64,000 nt of DNA from Candidatus Anstonellales archaeon (GCA_038890745.1 JAWAFD010000005.1:22436-86435), one strand, 5' to 3'; counted from the first letter of the stretch, positions 28,924 to 38,063 are shown. Numbers and translations are program-made. The notes: generated by a model not told the origin, from the letters alone.

Positions 28924-28939
28924 ATAAGAAATTGAGTGC
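28912..28939 (+). repeat. 28-bp direct repeat, copy A1
   Basis: AAAATGTTGTAAATAAGAAATTGAGTGC, identical to 29876-29903. Confidence 0.95.
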
Positions 28940-28961
28940 GAATGGATGAGTTTATAAATAT

Positions 28962-28999
28962 TGCTATAAAAATATAGCACATGCTACAAAAATATAGCA
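28962..28999 (+). promoter_or_regulatory. Tandem 18-bp palindromic operator over the MNT start codon
   Basis: TGCTATAAAAATATAGCA (28962-28979) and TGCTACAAAAATATAGCA (28982-28999), just after the TATA box TTTATAAA. Confidence 0.75.
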
Positions 29000-29505
29000 G
29001 GTACAAAATTCTGCAGAAGTTTTTCGACTTTCCAACAAAAAGTTTTTATATGAGAGAGATTTCGAGGATTGTTGGAATATCCCAACCATCAACAATAGCA
29101 CATCTAAAAGCATTGGTAAAGGAAGGATTCATAATAAAAGAAAAGAAAGGTATATACCCATCATTCAAAGCAAATAGAGAAAATGAGCGGTTTAGGGTAT
29201 ACAAAAAATTAGACCTTATAATAAGGATGCATGATAGCGGCTTTATAAACTATATCCTTGATCTCTGCCTACCCGACTCATTGATACTGTACGGATCGGC
29301 TTCTAAGGGAGAGGACATAGAAACCAGCGATATCGATATATTTATTCAGTCTAAGGAGAAAAAAATAATTGTTGGGAAATATGAAAAATTATTTAATAGA
29401 AGAATTGCTCTTTTTTTTGAAGAAAACTTCTCGAGATTACCCGCAGAACTAAAAAACAATATTCTAAATGGGGTAGTACTACACGGGTATATAAAGGTGT
29501 TCTAG
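28981..29505 (+). CDS. wHTH-minimal nucleotidyltransferase (MNT) antitoxin
   Basis: N-terminal HTH (YMREISRIVGISQPST); LYGSASKGEDIETSDIDIFI. Confidence 0.9.
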   Translation: MLQKYSRYKILQKFFDFPTKSFYMREISRIVGISQPSTIAHLKALVKEGFIIKEKKGIYPSFKANRENERFRVYKKLDLIIRMHDSGFINYILDLCLPDSLILYGSASKGEDIETSDIDIFIQSKEKKIIVGKYEKLFNRRIALFFEENFSRLPAELKNNILNGVVLHGYIKVF

Positions 29506-29931
29506 ATGGAGTTGATTAAGGTTACGCCCAATAGAGAAAGGGCTGTTAGCATCCTTCGCATGGTTTCTTTAATAGAGAAAAGAATAGAGAAAGAGGATAA
29601 AGAAAAAATGGCTGCACTCATAATAGTGGATTATTATGAAATGATGAAGGAGCTCATCACTGCGATACTCTTAATCGATGGGTATAAAACACTGAGCCAT
29701 AAAGATCTGATAGAATATCTTAAACAACACTATCCTGAATTCAACCAACACGACATTTCAATCTTGGATAGAATTAGAGTTCTGCGAAACAGGGTAAGTT
29801 ATGAAGGTTTTTTTATTGAGCCATCCTACCTTACTAGGAATGAAAATACCTTCAAAAAAATAATTCAAAAATTAAAAAATGTTGTAAATAAGAAATTGAG
29901 TGCCAACAGCAGCCGCCTTTCCCGCCCATAG
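29506..29931 (+). CDS. HEPN-domain protein (MNT-HEPN toxin)
   Basis: Abuts the MNT gene; GYKTLSHKDLI and LRNRVSYEG (R-x4-Y variant of the HEPN motif). Confidence 0.8.
   Translation: MELIKVTPNRERAVSILRMVSLIEKRIEKEDKEKMAALIIVDYYEMMKELITAILLIDGYKTLSHKDLIEYLKQHYPEFNQHDISILDRIRVLRNRVSYEGFFIEPSYLTRNENTFKKIIQKLKNVVNKKLSANSSRLSRP
29876..29903 (+). repeat. 28-bp direct repeat, copy A2
   Basis: Identical to 28912-28939; overlaps the last 3 nt of the 5S rRNA. Confidence 0.95.
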
Positions 29932-30016
29932 GGCAGTAATCGGACAGCCGTGAGAGGGCTTAACTTCTGTGTTCGGGATGGGAACAGGTGTTACCCCTCT
30001 CCTATGGCCGTTGGCA
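29901..30016 (-). rRNA. rrf: 5S rRNA (unlinked)
   Basis: Reverse complement TGCCAACGGCCATAGG...CCCATCCCGAACACAGAAGTTAAG...GCTGTTGGCA; helix I termini are complementary. Confidence 0.95.
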
Positions 30017-30047
30017 AAGAGATTTTCTGTAAAGAAATGTTTTTAAA

Positions 30048-30545
30048 TCATTTCTTAACTCCCAAACTTTCATATGCGTTATTAACTTCTTTTTTTGCTT
30101 CTTCCAACATTTTTATTTCATCGCGCATGGCTTTAATTTGTTCCATGTTCTCTGATAGCATATACAGAGAATATCCCAAAAGCATCAATGTTGCAATCGT
30201 AGATGGCAACAAACCAAACCCAAGATGGAGGAATCGGTCTGCAACGGTAAGGGCCAATGAGCCAACAAAAGCACTAAAAAGAATAGTTAGTACATGAATA
30301 CTAAACACCTTGTCAATTTTTAACAGTTTTTTGGTCCGGTACAAATCATCTTCAATCTCGCGTTCCAGAACACTTAAGATATTTTCTGGTTTTTTATTTT
30401 TATAGTTATATTCGCAATCTCTGCATGGGTCCTCTGTCAAAAGAACGTTCTTTTTACCAAATGCAAATTTGTTGTACGTCTGCACCAATTCATTCATATG
30501 TTGCGGAAATTTGCTCATGTCTAAAGGTTTTATCGTCCTTCCCAT
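30048..30545 (-). CDS. Hypothetical membrane protein (2 TM, CxxC)
   Basis: GGTGG RBS; two hydrophobic segments; coiled C-terminus. Confidence 0.65.
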   Translation of the reverse strand: MGRTIKPLDMSKFPQHMNELVQTYNKFAFGKKNVLLTEDPCRDCEYNYKNKKPENILSVLEREIEDDLYRTKKLLKIDKVFSIHVLTILFSAFVGSLALTVADRFLHLGFGLLPSTIATLMLLGYSLYMLSENMEQIKAMRDEIKMLEEAKKEVNNAYESLGVKK

Positions 30546-30608
30546 AATACCACCATTTTACATTTTTTAACCGAACATTATTTAAAACATTTCGCTTCCT
30601 CTTTCCTC

Positions 30609-32099
30609 ATGGAAAAAATAACGCACTGGGCAGAAAGGCTTGCAAACGAGGTAATTGCAAAAAAAACAGAGCCATACATAATTACCGGTGGGATGACAAC
30701 CTCTGGACCTGCGCACCTTGGAACTGTTTGTGAGTTTCTTTTTCCGGATATGGTTAGGAGGGTTTTGGAGGGAAAGGGGAGGAAAGTAAAATTTTATTTT
30801 GTCGCAGATATAATGGATGCTTTTGATTCCATTCCTGCTTCTCTGGAAGAAAAACGAAAGATGCTAGAGCCGCATCTTGGAAAGCCATTGTGCTATGTTC
30901 CTTCTCCGGATAGTAGGGCGAAAAGTTATGGCGACTATTTCTTGGAGCAGGCAATGTATTTAATGAAAGTTTTTGGGGTTGGATGCGAAGTTGCCCGAGT
31001 AAATGAGCTCTATGAAAGAGGGGCTTTTGATAAGTATGCAAAGTTATTTTTTGAGAAATTAGAGATTGTTAAGGAGATCGTTGAGAAAACGAGTGGAAGG
31101 CAGCTTCCCAAGGACTGGAGCCCTATAATGCCTGTATGTGAAAAATGCGGAAAGATAGCGACAACAAGGGTTTTGAGCTATAATAGTAATGGGGAGTACG
31201 AGTATTCCTGCGATAAGGATGTTGAGTATACAAAAGGATGCGGGTTTGTTGGGAAAGCAAAAATTTCTGACCATAGGTATAAGTTGCAGTGGAGGTTGCA
31301 CTGGCCTTCTTGGCAGGACTACTTTAAAACAAGCATAGAAGGAGGGGGGGTGGACCATTTTACAAAGGGTGGGAGCTGGGATACTGCAAAAGAGATTCAT
31401 AGAAAGGTTTTTGGAAAAGAGCCGCCAATTGGGTATAAATATGGGTTTATACTATTTGAAGGAAAGAAATACTCAAAAAGCAAAGGAATAGGCATGGGAA
31501 TGATGGAGATAATAAAGCTCGTTCCTCCTGAGGTAGTTGCATATACGCTCATAAAATTCGACCTTGAAGAAAACATAGATTTTGTTCCTTCAAAAGAGAA
31601 TGTGCTAAAAATGATAGAGGATTATGAGTATGCATCTGAGTTAAAGGATGCTGAAGAAAAGGCTGATGTAAAAAAGAAAAAAGCGTACGAGCTTGCCGGA
31701 AAAAGAACATGGAAAGCAAAGTTCAGGGATGTTTTGCTTTACTATCAGATTTATAGGGAATGGGATAAGGTTGAGAGATTTTTAGGGAATGTGGAGTATG
31801 TTAAGCCATTTATAGAGGAATGGATAGCAAAAAAATTTGTTCCGGAGACCTATGATTTTGCGTATAGACCAAAAAAAGCAACCGGCGCAGTAAAAGAATT
31901 TTTTGAAAGTTTGAAGGAAGGAATGAGCGATGTTGAGATACACAACAGAATTTACGAATTTGCAAGGGGAAGTGGAATAGAACCCTCTGAATTCTTTAAG
32001 CAGATCTACCAAACCTTGATAGGAAAGGATAGAGGGCCGAAAGCAGGAAGGTTGATAGAGGTTTTAGGAGTGGAAAGGGTAAAAAAAGACGTTTTATGA
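30609..32099 (+). CDS. lysS: Class I lysyl-tRNA synthetase
   Basis: THWAE, SGPAHLG, LQWRLHWP, GGVDH, KYSKSKG, GPKAG motifs. Confidence 0.95.
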   Translation: MEKITHWAERLANEVIAKKTEPYIITGGMTTSGPAHLGTVCEFLFPDMVRRVLEGKGRKVKFYFVADIMDAFDSIPASLEEKRKMLEPHLGKPLCYVPSPDSRAKSYGDYFLEQAMYLMKVFGVGCEVARVNELYERGAFDKYAKLFFEKLEIVKEIVEKTSGRQLPKDWSPIMPVCEKCGKIATTRVLSYNSNGEYEYSCDKDVEYTKGCGFVGKAKISDHRYKLQWRLHWPSWQDYFKTSIEGGGVDHFTKGGSWDTAKEIHRKVFGKEPPIGYKYGFILFEGKKYSKSKGIGMGMMEIIKLVPPEVVAYTLIKFDLEENIDFVPSKENVLKMIEDYEYASELKDAEEKADVKKKKAYELAGKRTWKAKFRDVLLYYQIYREWDKVERFLGNVEYVKPFIEEWIAKKFVPETYDFAYRPKKATGAVKEFFESLKEGMSDVEIHNRIYEFARGSGIEPSEFFKQIYQTLIGKDRGPKAGRLIEVLGVERVKKDVL

Positions 32100-32107
32100 T
32101 TTCAGAG

Positions 32108-32362
32108 TTAGGTTTTATAGATATTTTTTCTATGCCCTACTTTGAGGACATGGATCTCCTTCTTCTTTTCATTGATATCAAGCAAAATGCGGTAATCGCC
32201 GACGCGACATTTCCAGCAGTTTGCATCAGTTATCTTTTCAACAAAATGGTATGGCGCGAGTTCTAGTTCAGTTATTTTTTTTATAACACGCTTCGCTATA
32301 TCCCTATTTAGTTTTTTTATGTCCTCTCTAGACCTAGGAGCCCAAATTATCTTGTAAACCAT
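32108..32362 (-). CDS. relE: RelE/StbE toxin
   Basis: CRVGDYRILLDI...VLKVGHRKNIY. Confidence 0.9.
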   Translation of the reverse strand: MVYKIIWAPRSREDIKKLNRDIAKRVIKKITELELAPYHFVEKITDANCWKCRVGDYRILLDINEKKKEIHVLKVGHRKNIYKT

Positions 32363-32605
32363 CTAAAGACCCAGTTCAGCCATCAGTTCCTTTGTAGTTA
32401 TACCTTTTCCTTCCCTGATCTGCTTTCTGGCAGTTTCTATATCCTTTTTTGTTTCTTTACTAAGTTTGCCTTCGGTTTTTAGTTTCTCGTAAATTGTTAT
32501 AAGCTTGTTTATCACCTCTTCGTAGCTTTCCCTCGCATAATCCTTCATACTTGCTAGTTTCTCTTTTGTTTCTTTATGTATTAAGATTGTTGTGTACGCA
32601 GACAT
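32363..32605 (-). CDS. Cognate antitoxin of RelE
   Basis: MSAYTTILIHKETKEKL..ESYEEVINKL pattern, directly upstream of the toxin. Start moved to 32605. Confidence 0.8.
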   Translation of the reverse strand: MSAYTTILIHKETKEKLASMKDYARESYEEVINKLITIYEKLKTEGKLSKETKKDIETARKQIREGKGITTKELMAELGL

Positions 32606-32718
32606 ATATATCACATATATAGTTATGTATATATACATATATAAACTTTCCTATCATTCTAAATAAAGCCTCCTTTAAGAAAATAAAAGTAAAAGAAAAA
32701 AAGAAAGAAAAGGCAGAT

Positions 32719-35487
32719 TTACTGCCTCTTCACACCAGCCAAGAACTGGTCTACTGCAGCCAATGTGTCTTCTGCTGTGTATCCTGCAACAATTATCTTG
32801 TTGCCAACTTCCTTCACTACGACATTGTTTGTTGAGTCAATTGTCATGCCTGCTTCCTCAAGGGCTGCTGCTGTAACTGTGTTTACTGCCTGTCCACCGA
32901 CTGTAATCACAACGCCGGTGCCAAGGCCTGTTGCCTCTGTGTCTAAGTACATAAGGTTGCTTGTGAGTGTGTATGGAACAGATGCTTTAACCTCAGCACC
33001 CATTGCCTGGTTATTCTCATCAACAATCTGTGCGTTCACGCTCTCAACTGCGCATGCTCCACCAGAAACACTGCATGGTGCAACAACCTCATCTATGCTC
33101 TTCACTTTTATTGAGACATTACCAACATTGCATGTTCCGCCCTCAGGAATCTTCTCGCATGTGAAGGTGTCTGGGTTAACTCCTGCCATAACCACTGGTC
33201 TGAAAGTGAACAGCGCGTGCACTGGTTTACTTGCTACTGAGAAATCTCTGTTCTTTCCTGTTTTCTTTGCATAGGTGCCTCTTAATGTTATGAAGTCGGT
33301 TTGGTAGTCCTGCCCATCAACCCATCCGTTGTTGTTATCGTAGCCTGTAGGATTATTGATAAAGCTGTCAAGTGGATTATCTCCATCGCGAACCACCATA
33401 AAGCCTACTTCATCATCATCTGGAGGTGCACCAAACACACCAAGGAAGGAATCTTTGGTTCCGATTACACTTGGGTCTGCAATTACGCCGACTACATCTA
33501 CAAGGTCAGAACCACCATTAACTGGGTCATCCCAAGCGCCTATGTCTTCGGTTAAATAGAGCTCAACAAGACCAGAGTTTGAGTTAGTCGGATCGTAGAT
33601 TACAACTCTGCCTTCATCCCCTGCATAATCATACTCAAACGGCAGTGAGTTGACAGATGTACCCACTACGTCATGGGCTGCGTAATCAACAAACTGGTAG
33701 TTGCCGTTTTCATCCATGATTATTACATCTCCTGGAGAAGCAAGACCGCACGTATCAGCCGCAATGTCCGCGGCATCGTAAATTACAAAGATTTTTTCAG
33801 CATCTGAGAATCCTGCCGCATTAGTGAATGCAGGCGTTAGTTTTTCTTTGTCTGACCATACTTCAACTGCACCGCTGAGAACTACACTAGTGCCCGCAGC
33901 GCAGTCACCCCACGAACTCACGCCATCTCCCTTGAATTCTTTTCCTCCAAGGGGACCTGTGTAAGAGTTATCCATCTTAAATTTCAGGGTGTCCCGGTCA
34001 ACTGCTTCAAGGCCATTGTAAACCAATTCATATCCTTGGTAGTCTTTAAGGTCGATTACTGGATATGCTTCGCCTTTGGTCATGTCCTCAAGTTCCTGCT
34101 CATTGTAGAGAACAATCTCCCTCAAGTGGGTTGCGTAGTCATAGGTGTTTTTAGGAGCTGTTGTTCCATACTTGTCCGACCAGCCGAAAAGAACTTTCCA
34201 GTCTGTATCGTCGCTCTCTATGAATTTTTTTCCGGATTCAAGTTCTATCTCATCTGCATAGATTGCAAACTCAGCCCATTTCGCAAGCAGTCCGTAACCA
34301 GGTGCTGTTTGGTAGACATGCACTTTTATATCACCGTATCCTGGGACATAGACTTTTTTCGTTTGCCCTGGTGCAATCTGATCCTTAATCGGGTTTCCGT
34401 CCGGAGAGGTAATTATTTTGTCTTGAAGGTCTCTAAATGATACAATTGCTGGTTTTACTGTTTCTAAGGTTGAAATATCGTCAAGGCACACCTTAACGCC
34501 CTTCTCCTCCCATGTAAGGCAGTCTCCTACGTCTACAATTCCATAGGTGGCTTCCTTTGCGAGCTTAATAATTGTGCCAGCTTCTCTGTATACTTCCTTG
34601 TCGCTTAGTACTGCAGTTGTGCTCACAGGTGGTTCAACATCGCTGATTACCCAGTTTTCGCCAAGGAACTTTATCTGCATTCTGTATGCTTCAATTTGAT
34701 CAGTTACAGCGCATTCATACCAGTAGGATTTTCCTGGGTCCCCTGGACAAAGCGGTAATCCGTTGTCTCCTGGCGCAAATACCAAAGCATAGAGCCCGGT
34801 GTCTATGGAAGGCGCCACCTCATCGTTTTTGTCTCCCATGTTAGAGTAGCCAGAGAACCACGCAAACTGGTATTCAACCCAGTTTGATGTTCTTCCTGCT
34901 CCTGCCTGTACAGACACTTTTGAGAATGGAACAAAGTTGTCACCAGATATTTTGTATGCAGCTGCACCACCGCCAACGTTAGAGAAACTACCAGCGTTAA
35001 ATAACAGACCACCTATCTGATCCTGGTAAGGCGTTCCTTTTTCGTTCAAAAGGTCCTTTTGGTATGTGTAGAGGTCTGCATTGCCTTGATACCACCTATT
35101 CTCCAACTCCCTGTCCATAAAGTCGTCAATCAGCAATCCAAAGTTATGCACTCCTGTTCCCAATCCCGGAATTGTAACTTCCAGGGTTGTGGTCTCCTGT
35201 GAAACATCGCAGGTTCCTGTTCCTGCTCCACCAGTGCATGTTGCTGTTGCAGATGCTTTCAGGGTTTTTGTTGCATAGGCATTGTTTGCCAATTTTGCTA
35301 CAATCTTCGCTGCTCCTACGCCGTCGCTTGCTGCTGCCTTTTCCCCGACAATGACCTTAGCCAATGGTTGGCCATTGTCGTTCACCAGCACTGTGTTGCC
35401 GTACATTACGCCGGCAAAGGCCACAGAGCTGGCCAAAATTGTGGCTCCTGCCACAATTGCTCCAATTTTCTTCAGGTTCAATTTCAT
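32719..35487 (-). CDS. S-layer protein (Methanococcales/Thermococcales-type N- and C-terminal domains)
   Basis: MKLNLKKIGAIVAGATILAS, VIVGEKAAASDGVGA, C-terminal VGGQAVNTVT...IIVAGYTAEDT. GGTGA RBS and T-rich terminator. Confidence 0.88.
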   Translation of the reverse strand: MKLNLKKIGAIVAGATILASSVAFAGVMYGNTVLVNDNGQPLAKVIVGEKAAASDGVGAAKIVAKLANNAYATKTLKASATATCTGGAGTGTCDVSQETTTLEVTIPGLGTGVHNFGLLIDDFMDRELENRWYQGNADLYTYQKDLLNEKGTPYQDQIGGLLFNAGSFSNVGGGAAAYKISGDNFVPFSKVSVQAGAGRTSNWVEYQFAWFSGYSNMGDKNDEVAPSIDTGLYALVFAPGDNGLPLCPGDPGKSYWYECAVTDQIEAYRMQIKFLGENWVISDVEPPVSTTAVLSDKEVYREAGTIIKLAKEATYGIVDVGDCLTWEEKGVKVCLDDISTLETVKPAIVSFRDLQDKIITSPDGNPIKDQIAPGQTKKVYVPGYGDIKVHVYQTAPGYGLLAKWAEFAIYADEIELESGKKFIESDDTDWKVLFGWSDKYGTTAPKNTYDYATHLREIVLYNEQELEDMTKGEAYPVIDLKDYQGYELVYNGLEAVDRDTLKFKMDNSYTGPLGGKEFKGDGVSSWGDCAAGTSVVLSGAVEVWSDKEKLTPAFTNAAGFSDAEKIFVIYDAADIAADTCGLASPGDVIIMDENGNYQFVDYAAHDVVGTSVNSLPFEYDYAGDEGRVVIYDPTNSNSGLVELYLTEDIGAWDDPVNGGSDLVDVVGVIADPSVIGTKDSFLGVFGAPPDDDEVGFMVVRDGDNPLDSFINNPTGYDNNNGWVDGQDYQTDFITLRGTYAKKTGKNRDFSVASKPVHALFTFRPVVMAGVNPDTFTCEKIPEGGTCNVGNVSIKVKSIDEVVAPCSVSGGACAVESVNAQIVDENNQAMGAEVKASVPYTLTSNLMYLDTEATGLGTGVVITVGGQAVNTVTAAALEEAGMTIDSTNNVVVKEVGNKIIVAGYTAEDTLAAVDQFLAGVKRQ

Positions 35488-35620
35488 GCTTTCACCTTTT
35501 CCTGCATCGCCGAAATCTTTGCTTGGGTCCAAAAGGACTTGGCGATGCACTGGACCCATAACCCTGTTTATTCGTATGAATAAACGGGTTGAAAACTTCT
35601 CAAACATAAGCTTTATAAAG
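35488..35620 (-). promoter_or_regulatory. S-layer promoter and structured ~100-nt 5' leader
   Basis: TTTATAAA box near 35612-35619; 5' hairpin 35560-35590; two crossing helices 35503-35558. Confidence 0.7.
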
Positions 35621-35684
35621 TTTTTCTCTAAGTATAAAGAGATATTTATAAAAAATTGAATGGAGCATGGCAATCAACGAAATA

Positions 35685-36920
35685 CTACCTAGACAACTGA
35701 CTATTAAATAAGGATTTTTTTAGTAAAAAATCTATGGCGGAAAGGTATGTTATTCCGGACTCTATCTCAAAGCTCGGAGGATAGAGTGTGATCAAGAATT
35801 TCTTTATTCCTTTCTTAAGGGAAACTAAACCCTCTGTTTCTCGGGCAAATGTTTTTTTATCATTTATTTCATAACTTGCGTTTATTCCTGCGACTGGCCT
35901 CATATTGTCGGCAAGCAAAAAATCAACCTCTCTTTTTTTCTGCTCATAAAATATATTATATCTTTGGTATGACTTTAACTCATTATAAATAATATTTTCA
36001 AAAAGACGTGTTCTGTCCACGGTTGAGGAGGGCAAAATTGTAGAGAATGCTGTATCAACAGCGTACACTTTCTTAGGATTTGCTTCCTGGATTCTAAGTG
36101 AAGGACTGTATTTGTTTACAACATCTAAAAGAAAGGCTTGAGTAAGATAGAATATGTATCCCTTTACCGTGCTTTCATGATCTAATCCACAATAATCTTT
36201 GAGTTTTCTGTAGGAGAACCTGCTCCCTACGTTTGAAATAAGAAAAACTGCGAGTTTATGCAAAGAGTCTGGTTTTTTTATGGAAAAACGAGGGATTATG
36301 TCTCGGTAGAGAATTCTGTTAAAATACTCCGCAGCAAGTGTTTTCTCATTCGTTAGAACTACCCTGGGAAATCCTCCAAGGTCTATATATTTCTCAAGTT
36401 GAGATCTAAGCTCATCTCGGTCACTTGTTTTTATTTTCCTAAATAGCAGGAATTCCCTAAAAGAAAGAGGCCGGATGATGTACGTTATCGTCCTTCCTGT
36501 AAGAGCTGTGGAAAATTCTGAACACAATAGTTTTGAGTTTGAACCGGAAACAAAAACCTTAACTCTGCGGTTGATTCTGGATGCAAATTTTTCCCATCCT
36601 TTTACATTCTGAACCTCATCTAAATAAAGAATCTTCTCTTTTTTTTCATTAATAATGGAGAGTAGTTTTTCAAAATCAGAATAGTCGAAGTTTATAAGCC
36701 TCTCATCCTCAAAATTTATGTAAACCCCACCATACTTTTTTGCTAGGGAATAGAGAACAAATGTTTTTCCTGACCTCCTCACGCCAGCAATAACACTAAC
36801 CTCTTCAAATTTTAAGCTTTTTTCCAATTCTGGGAGGATTTCTCTTTCTATGGGATTCTCCTTTCTAATCAATTCTTCGTATGAAAGTACTGTTTCCCTC
36901 AGCTCCTCACGACCTAGCAT
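35685..36920 (-). CDS. AAA_14/DUF4143 ATP-binding protein
   Basis: GVRRSGKT, YINFEDERL, LDEVQ, SGSNSKLL, GGFP, KKVYAVD, LFENII, EVDF motifs. Confidence 0.9.
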   Translation of the reverse strand: MLGREELRETVLSYEELIRKENPIEREILPELEKSLKFEEVSVIAGVRRSGKTFVLYSLAKKYGGVYINFEDERLINFDYSDFEKLLSIINEKKEKILYLDEVQNVKGWEKFASRINRRVKVFVSGSNSKLLCSEFSTALTGRTITYIIRPLSFREFLLFRKIKTSDRDELRSQLEKYIDLGGFPRVVLTNEKTLAAEYFNRILYRDIIPRFSIKKPDSLHKLAVFLISNVGSRFSYRKLKDYCGLDHESTVKGYIFYLTQAFLLDVVNKYSPSLRIQEANPKKVYAVDTAFSTILPSSTVDRTRLFENIIYNELKSYQRYNIFYEQKKREVDFLLADNMRPVAGINASYEINDKKTFARETEGLVSLKKGIKKFLITLYPPSFEIESGITYLSAIDFLLKKSLFNSQLSR

Positions 36921-37008
36921 AATTAATTAAAAAAAAGAAGTATTTTTAAATGTTCGCATTGCAGTGCGCAATTTTTTGAATTTTTGCGCAATACTATGCG
37001 CGAATAAC

Positions 37009-37431
37009 TCATCTTGACCCAATAGGAGAGAATAGTTCTTTTACTTTTCCTTCTATTAATTTTTCTATTCCAAACTCTCTTTTTGTGTGTGCTTTTATTA
37101 CAAATGCCTTCCAAGGCATTCCGCGGGAAAATGCAACCTTCACCCTTCTATGTCCATCAAGGATTATCCTTTTCCCCTCTTTTTCTAAAACTATTATAGG
37201 AGTAGAATAATTGTATCGTGTTATTGCCTCATTTATTTCCTTTGCGTACTCATCAAATGTTGCTTTCTGCTCTTCACCCGGATAGGTATAGTAAAGCTCT
37301 CCTAGCTCTGCAGAGGTAAGAATCTTTTCTTCCCGGTCGAATATCTCTTCTGGGTAGAGCCGCTGGTAGTATGCAATAAGCTTTTCAAAAAGCTCCCTTT
37401 CCCTTTTTTCATCAATCAAACCTACGGGCAT
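37009..37431 (-). CDS. ParB/sulfiredoxin N-terminal-like domain protein
   Basis: PIIV...IILDGHRRV motif. Confidence 0.75.
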   Translation of the reverse strand: MPVGLIDEKRERELFEKLIAYYQRLYPEEIFDREEKILTSAELGELYYTYPGEEQKATFDEYAKEINEAITRYNYSTPIIVLEKEGKRIILDGHRRVKVAFSRGMPWKAFVIKAHTKREFGIEKLIEGKVKELFSPIGSR

Positions 37432-37481
37432 GAAATCACCAAAAAGAGTAGGGTTGGAATATTAATAAATATTGCGGATGG

Positions 37482-38036
37482 TCAGCGCAGCCCAGCAACC
37501 GCTCTATCAAGAAGCTCTGCGCTCCAATCCACCCTATCCCCTCTCTTTCTTTTTCCTTTTATCAGGCTTAGTATTAACTCTATGTTTTCTTCTAACCTGC
37601 GCGCGCTGGAGTTTATTTCAAAAATCTTTGCCTTTTTGTAATTCATTTTTGCTTTTACAGAAAAATAGTCCAAAAGCTCTACGAGAACATTATCCTCTAT
37701 TTTTTTCTCACCATACCCTCTTTTTTTCATTCTTTTCACAAGTCTATCTGGATGGCAGCGGATTACAAAGACATAATCCGCTTTGAGCGGGAATTCACAG
37801 AGAAGATGGCCTTCAAAAATAATATTTTTTGATCTTCCGTAATATTTGTTCAGTTTTGCCCGCAGCTCTTTAACATCAACTATCCGGGCTTTTTTTGCCC
37901 GGTCATAGCCGGAAAAAATTTTTTTCTCCTTTACAAAATCAGAAATATGAAGAAGCTTGTGGTTTAATTTTTTGGAGAGTTTTTTTGCGAGGGTTGTTTT
38001 TCCTGAGCAGGGAGAGCCGGTTAGAACTATGCGCAT
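37482..38036 (-). CDS. Archaeal adenylate kinase (AK6/Fap7-like)
   Basis: LTGSPCSGKTT, IFEGHL, RMKKRGYGEKKIEDN. Confidence 0.88.
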   Translation of the reverse strand: MRIVLTGSPCSGKTTLAKKLSKKLNHKLLHISDFVKEKKIFSGYDRAKKARIVDVKELRAKLNKYYGRSKNIIFEGHLLCEFPLKADYVFVIRCHPDRLVKRMKKRGYGEKKIEDNVLVELLDYFSVKAKMNYKKAKIFEINSSARRLEENIELILSLIKGKRKRGDRVDWSAELLDRAVAGLR

Positions 38037-38063
38037 GCGAGGAATTGAAAGAAAGGGTTTAAA

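Noticed and set aside
29950..30297. 115-aa ORF beginning MRGLNFCVRDGNRC
   Set aside because: It is an antisense translation of the 5S rRNA and the adjacent gene.
32606..32645. AT-dinucleotide palindromes upstream of the RelE antitoxin
   Set aside because: Could be an operator, but low complexity makes palindromes trivial; no flanking direct repeat found for this TA pair.
35488..35673. N-terminal extension of the S-layer ORF, and similar extensions to 7117, 10609, 11903 and 43188
   Set aside because: RBS position, signal peptides and gene overlaps support downstream starts; here the extension is promoter and leader.
35678..36996. CG(A/C)AATACTA on both sides of the first DUF4143 ATPase
   Set aside because: It fits the cassette pattern (stop codon inside the repeat), but 9 of 10 AT-rich bases is insufficient evidence.
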